DNA of 50,630 nucleotides, the filler included, from Sphacelaria rigidula (Eukaryota), in the NCBI GenBank assembly GCA_964200075.2. It is 3 parts of 3 records of this genome, joined end to end, with 100 filler letters (N's around TTAATTAATTAA, not from the genome) between each part and the next. Parts side by side here need not be neighbours in the genome. Positions count along the whole stretch, not along the records: positions 33,824 to 50,630 come from CAXNAA020001251.1; 2 more parts are not named here. One strand, given 5' to 3'. Each line of letters starts with the position of its first letter. The stretch's first letter is position 1. The translations under genes and the position numbers were made by a program. Positions 48,648 to 50,630 of this stretch are shown piece by piece. The notes under the pieces were generated by a model. The model was given only the letters and a program-made list of their open reading frames with translations, made no database searches and had not been told where the DNA came from.

Positions 48648-50559
48648 ATCGATGCGTATTTCAGGGGGGGACGGATAAGGCCAAATAGCACACACACACA
48701 GAAAGCAAGCTACAGCGGATATCACTCAGCACTCTGGTGTTCCTGCAATAGGAAGATGTAATATCAAACAACCTGATAAGGACTGCTCTATGGACAACTG
48801 CTGTAGCTCTGACGTCAAACGTCCCTGCGCAGCTGCCGGTGGTACTGTCGGGGCAGGCCTTGACGTGGAGGAGAGCCCTCATCGGGTCAAAAAACGTACA
48901 CGTATCACAGGAAACACTACTATCTACACCCTGGACAGTAGATTACGTTGTCAAAAAATGTACTGCGTACAGTGTGGAATATTTTGTCTATTGCAATAGA
49001 CGCAATATTCTATATTATACGTAGTACAATTGTGACAAAGTAATCTGTTGTCATCATCCAGGGGTCGATCCTATTAATACGATGGAAACACCTGACTTTT
49101 CTCCCGACACTCGTTGGGGTACAAACAGCGTCCGGTACGTCGCCACCAGCAGTGTATAAGTTGATAATCCTGTATGCCCTGATCGGTCTCAGATACACGT
49201 GTGTCGGTCTCCTTACGTGCATTTGGGTGTACGCGGGGGGTTTGTACCGAGACCCCGCAGTCACATTAAAAACCTGACAAATGCGACTGCGAACCCTCTC
49301 TCGGAAATCGAAGGCTCTACGAGTGGTACGCCCGCCCCTAGGGCACCCACATAGAGTATTTATAGCCCTTAGGGTCGCGTGTAGGAAGCCACAAGCGTGC
49401 GCTACGGCGTACTGACAACCCTGCTGCAGTGTGCTACTGAGTGGATGGCTGCTATTTCGCCGCTTTTTTTGGTGACAACCTCACTCGCTTTTGTTGTGGA
49501 CAAGTACGTCTGTCAACGGTCTGTTGCGACACTGCCCTGAGCCTTTGCACCCCCCCATGCTTCATCTGCATTACCTTTGGCCATGGCTCCGTTGTCCTGT
49601 GGTATTGCTCTACATCTGACGTATTGGACGCAAGAACTCCCCATTCGGGCGGTTCCACAGCATACTGAAGCCAGTATAAGAGTGGTTGCGCCGCATTTCG
49701 CGAACTGTAGCGTGATTCTAGAGCAAAGCCTTGATTTACTCAACTGCACCAAGGGTAACACATTTCTCCGTTCTCTGTCACGCCCCCTATGGGCGACACA
49801 GAGAAAAGCACGTATACATCAACCGAACAGCACTATGACGTCTGAATCGAGTATGAAGGCGTATGACAGCCTCTGCAGTACATGCCGGAGTGGTCCAACG
49901 TACTGTACATCATACAACTGGTAGGGTGAAGTGTCATTTTCCTACACGCCCCCCGTAGGGAGCAACGCTATCTGCAAACTCCGAGACGTCGTCGCTTCGC
50001 TGGCGGTGTGTATAATATCACCGTATCAGTTCGATATTTCCGACGCGCCGTCAACGCGTACCAACACCTCGAAAAAATTGCACAGCCTAGCTCCGGGTTC
50101 AGGAACGTATTTTCAACACGTAAACCAACTCAATTTCTAGAAATCTGACCGCGTCTGGCAGCCGCATTACTTGGATTCAGGCTGCCCCCCACCCCCTATG
50201 AGGTTGGTGTCGGTTGGCAACGACGCTGTGAAAGACGCCAGTCACTGCGTAAGTAAGGCAACTGGGTACCGATTATATTTTGCGCGCTTGCTTTTTTTTT
50301 GGCGGGAATCATGATGACGTGATGGTGGTTGAGCTAGATCATAGCGTGTAGGGTGGAAGAACCTCGATTCCGCGCAAAAGGAATCATCATATACCACGTA
50401 ATTGTTCGAATGGTGAGACACCCATGAGGCAGTGCGTAAGCCGTGGCTGTCTCTGGAAGTGGCCACACAGAAAATAAAGCAACCCTTTGGAGGCTGTCGT
50501 CCGGATACAAGATGTTCAGTACGGTTCAGGCCGAACAATCTTCGCAGGATGCAGCTCAC

Positions 50560-50630
50560 CCTTCATGCGACTCGCCGAAGACATCACGGCGCTTCGCGCT
50601 TGGTCATTGAGTGCGAGCCTGGTCCGGCGA
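50560..50630 (-). CDS. Probable upstream exon of the helicase gene, truncated by the window edge
   Basis: Open frame RRTRLALNDQARSAVMSSASRMK ends in a strong donor AAGG|GTGAGC (phase 1), compatible with the phase-1 acceptors at 48435 and 48420. Confidence 0.45.

Overview
Eukaryotic, intron-rich and repeat-dense DNA. Splice-site style, (CA/TG) and (ACA) tails, and MITE/SINE/LINE content resemble a brown alga (Phaeophyceae); this taxonomic call is an inference. Two 100-nt artificial linkers (N44-TTAATTAATTAA-N44, at 16813-16912 and 33724-33823) split the window into three pieces whose true adjacency is unproven. About 1-33.7 kb holds no recognisable intact gene. It is a mosaic of a tRNA-headed SINE (5 copies), LINE-type 3' tails, several MITE families (TA-TSD, TGA-TSD foldback, TTAA-TSD piggyBac-like, and an 8-bp-TSD element), long hairpins and minisatellites, with clear nested insertions. 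The right-hand piece carries one minus-strand multi-exon gene. Eight phase-consistent exons (36188-48420, about 1060 codons) plus a probable further exon running off the right edge encode a Dicer/RIG-I-family DExD/H helicase with motifs Q, I, Ia, II, III, IV, V and VI intact. The helicase is followed by a long low-complexity linker and a dsRBD/DUF283-like domain, then a stop, and no PAZ or RNase III is visible. The best candidates for something new are this 'N-terminal half of Dicer' architecture and an exactly in-frame 135-nt duplication of the splice acceptor plus the start of the DEAH exon, whose frame depends on a (CA)n repeat.
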